DNA from: a virus
Lineage: Duplodnaviria > Caudoviricetes
Length of the DNA: 64,000 nucleotides
IMG/VR virus record: IMGVR_UViG_637000272_000004
Coordinates: 21,538-85,537 of that record
Direction: 5' to 3' (one strand)
Part shown: positions 61,858 through 64,000 of the stretch, piece by piece
Numbering within the stretch: position 1 is the first letter of the stretch
Layout: every line of letters begins with the position of its first letter
Position numbers and translations under genes: made by a program
Notes under the pieces: model-generated
Databases searched by the model: none
What the model was told of the DNA's origin: nothing
What the model saw: only the letters and a program-made list of their open reading frames with translations

Positions 61858-62358
61858 ATGGCAGGAGATAAATTAACTTTCAAAGAAATTCTAACAGAAA
61901 CAAAAATGTTCAGTAAATTAAGCAATAGAAAGATTGACATGTATAAAAAAATGACAACAGATGAAAAAAGAAAGATATTAAATGATTTTAAAGAAGGAAA
62001 AGAACTTGATATCCAACTTTATAAATCTGAAAATTTTAAAAACACTAACGAAGAATACGAATCAAAATCAGCTAAAAGTTTAAACGGACAAGGTATTAAA
62101 GAAGCTACCGACGTTACGACTTACGCATATCAAAAGCAAAATATTAACCCTACACTATTGAAAGTCTACAACGGTTTAGGTACATTCACAACAAACGTAG
62201 ATAAACAAGCTAAATTCGTATTCTACGATACGCAATTAAAACAAAACTTTGTCTCTATAGCTCAACGAGACGAACTAATAAAGCAAAATAATAGAATTAT
62301 CGAGCAAAACAACGAAGTCATAGATTTATTAAAACAAATAGCAAATAAAGGAGTGTAA
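61858..62358 (+). CDS. Hypothetical lysogeny-module protein
   Basis: 166 aa, AAGGAG RBS, C-terminal coiled coil. Confidence 0.8.
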   Translation: MAGDKLTFKEILTETKMFSKLSNRKIDMYKKMTTDEKRKILNDFKEGKELDIQLYKSENFKNTNEEYESKSAKSLNGQGIKEATDVTTYAYQKQNINPTLLKVYNGLGTFTTNVDKQAKFVFYDTQLKQNFVSIAQRDELIKQNNRIIEQNNEVIDLLKQIANKGV

Positions 62359-62361
62359 AAC

Positions 62362-62877
62362 ATGAAAAGATTATTATATTTAATTTTAGCTAGCGCGTTA
62401 GTGTTAGGTGCATGTGGTAGCAACGACGGCGATAAGAAAGAGGAAAGCAAGAAAACGGAGACAAAGAAAGAGAACAAAGACAAAAAGAAAGAAACTAAAG
62501 ACAAAGCAGAAGCGAAAAAAGAAAATGCTAATCAAAACGATAACAATAATCAAGTAAACAACGATAACAACACGAATGTTAACGATCATCAACAAACTAA
62601 TAACGCACCTAAACAAAATCAAACACAAAATAATCCCACTTCTAATAAAAACAACAATGCACCAGTAAAAGATGAGTTTTCAAGTGACACATCTTATAAC
62701 GCTTATCAAGAAGCTAAAAGAGCGACAGAAGAAAACAAACGTCAGAATGGTGGACATACTGCCGGCATAGGTGGTTCATGGGCAGTACAAGACGGACAAG
62801 ACTATAATTCATGGAAGAAAGCACAAAATGATTTCGACAATTTCAAACGTCAAAACAGCGAAGTGATTCAACAATAA
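62362..62877 (+). CDS. Lipoprotein (possible superinfection exclusion)
   Basis: LVLGAC lipobox, K/E- and N/Q-rich linker, small C-terminal domain. Confidence 0.8.
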   Translation: MKRLLYLILASALVLGACGSNDGDKKEESKKTETKKENKDKKKETKDKAEAKKENANQNDNNNQVNNDNNTNVNDHQQTNNAPKQNQTQNNPTSNKNNNAPVKDEFSSDTSYNAYQEAKRATEENKRQNGGHTAGIGGSWAVQDGQDYNSWKKAQNDFDNFKRQNSEVIQQ

Positions 62878-62883
62878 AATTTC

Positions 62884-62917
62884 GGGTAGCTCGCCTACCC
62901 TTATTATTTTTTGCCAA
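62884..62917 (+). repeat. 34-bp repeat/terminator before the integrase, copy 2
   Basis: See 13114-13147. Confidence 0.9.
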
Positions 62918-62935
62918 TTTTGAGGAGGGATAATT

Positions 62936-64000
62936 TTGTCAGTAAATAAATATGGTAAAGGTAAATGGTATTATGACTTTGGGCATGAAGGTAAACGATA
63001 TAAAAAGAAAGGTTTTACAACTAAACGTGAGGCAGTACAAGCAGAATCTATAGCACGTAATAAAGTGATGAAAGGTTTTAAAATTAATGATAAAACATCA
63101 TTTATTGCCTATTATAATGATTGGATTAAAGTTAACAAAGAAGGTGTTATTACAGATAAAGCTTATGCAACTTTCAAAAACGCAATCAATCAATTTAAAA
63201 CATTTTTAGAAGTTGAAAATATTAGTAATCTTGTTTTATCAGATTTAAACACTACATTTTATCGTAAATTTATTAAATGGTATGGTTCTAACCATTCAAC
63301 AGAAACAGTCAGAAAGATTCACAACTGCTTAAAACAACCTATCGACGATGCGATTCAAGAAGGATTAATTCATAAAGATCCTACATATAAAGTTGTTGTT
63401 AAAGGTACTATTCCAGCACAGCGTGAAGAAGAAAAGTTTATGAGTATTAAAGACTTTATCAATCTAAAGGAATATGTTTCTAACACCCCAATTCAATCTT
63501 ATTTGTTTATTTATATTTTAATCATCACTGGTGGACGCTTTGGCGAAGTACAACGCTTATGTACCTCTGATTTAGATTATAAGAATTGTACGATTCATCT
63601 GCCAGGTACTAAAACAGAAACATCTGACAGAACGGTTGATATACCTCAAAATGATATGAAAATTTTAAAAAATACCTTAGCTGAAATGCCAATTAGTCTA
63701 ACTACCCAGTTATTCAACACTGGTACTTCACTAATTACGCATAACGCAGTAACAAAAGTTATGCAAAGATACTGTTTAGAAAAACGCATTGGCAAATACA
63801 CATTGCACAGCATTAGACACACCCATTGCTCTTATCTATTACACAATGATGTTTCTATTTATTATATTTCAAAAAGATTAGGTCACAAAAGCATAAAGAC
63901 TACTATGGATGTTTATTCTCATTTATTAGATGAAATCGAACAAAAAGAAAAAGAAAAAGCGCTCGATGCATTGGAAAATATGACGGGAACGTTAAATTAA
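62936..64000 (+). CDS. int: Tyrosine integrase
   Basis: TTG start with GAGGAGG RBS; TGGRFGE, KT, HSIRHTH, RLGH, VYSH catalytic residues. Confidence 0.96.
   Translation: MSVNKYGKGKWYYDFGHEGKRYKKKGFTTKREAVQAESIARNKVMKGFKINDKTSFIAYYNDWIKVNKEGVITDKAYATFKNAINQFKTFLEVENISNLVLSDLNTTFYRKFIKWYGSNHSTETVRKIHNCLKQPIDDAIQEGLIHKDPTYKVVVKGTIPAQREEEKFMSIKDFINLKEYVSNTPIQSYLFIYILIITGGRFGEVQRLCTSDLDYKNCTIHLPGTKTETSDRTVDIPQNDMKILKNTLAEMPISLTTQLFNTGTSLITHNAVTKVMQRYCLEKRIGKYTLHSIRHTHCSYLLHNDVSIYYISKRLGHKSIKTTMDVYSHLLDEIEQKEKEKALDALENMTGTLN

Larger units (their letters stand above)
20871..64000 (-). mobile_element. Temperate siphovirus prophage (~43 kb, phiSaBov-like position next to egc)
   Basis: Full module order: lysis, tail, head, packaging, replication, lysogeny, integrase. 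The right att lies outside the window. Confidence 0.95.

Noticed and set aside
1-64000. tRNA/rRNA genes, CRISPR arrays, intact IS elements
   Set aside because: None seen; only a tRNA-like 3' fragment at the att and an IS30 scar.

Overview
Staphylococcus aureus-type chromosome segment: the right part of genomic island nuSa-beta followed by an almost complete ~43-kb temperate siphovirus. Left to right: (1) epidermin-like lantibiotic cluster bsaP (runs off the window edge), bsaD, bsaC, bsaB and two different unannotated 47-aa precursor genes; (2) lukD/lukE and an sRNA consistent with SprC; (3) a small accessory block with a 5-TM protein, an intact membrane-anchored DUF4041/GIY-YIG nuclease (SNIPE/PD-lambda-1-like), an IS30 scar and a DUF6978-like/DUF1828-DUF1829 pair; (4) the enterotoxin gene cluster egc, with seg and sem disrupted and sen, seu, sei, seo open; (5) a prophage from a tRNA-3'-end-like att near 20871 to the integrase stop at 64000, with 80alpha/phi11-like morphogenesis genes, a dimeric dUTPase, two antirepressors and an atypical 670-aa fibre. 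The layout matches my recollection of the bovine phiSaBov/nuSa-beta arrangement. Best leads: the SNIPE-like gene is followed by the same 34-bp terminator that precedes the prophage integrase 49.8 kb away (a phage scar and a possible recombination site), three tandem candidate sRNA units at the prophage end, and the novel fibre C-terminus. Family names come from motif recognition and memory; no searches were run.
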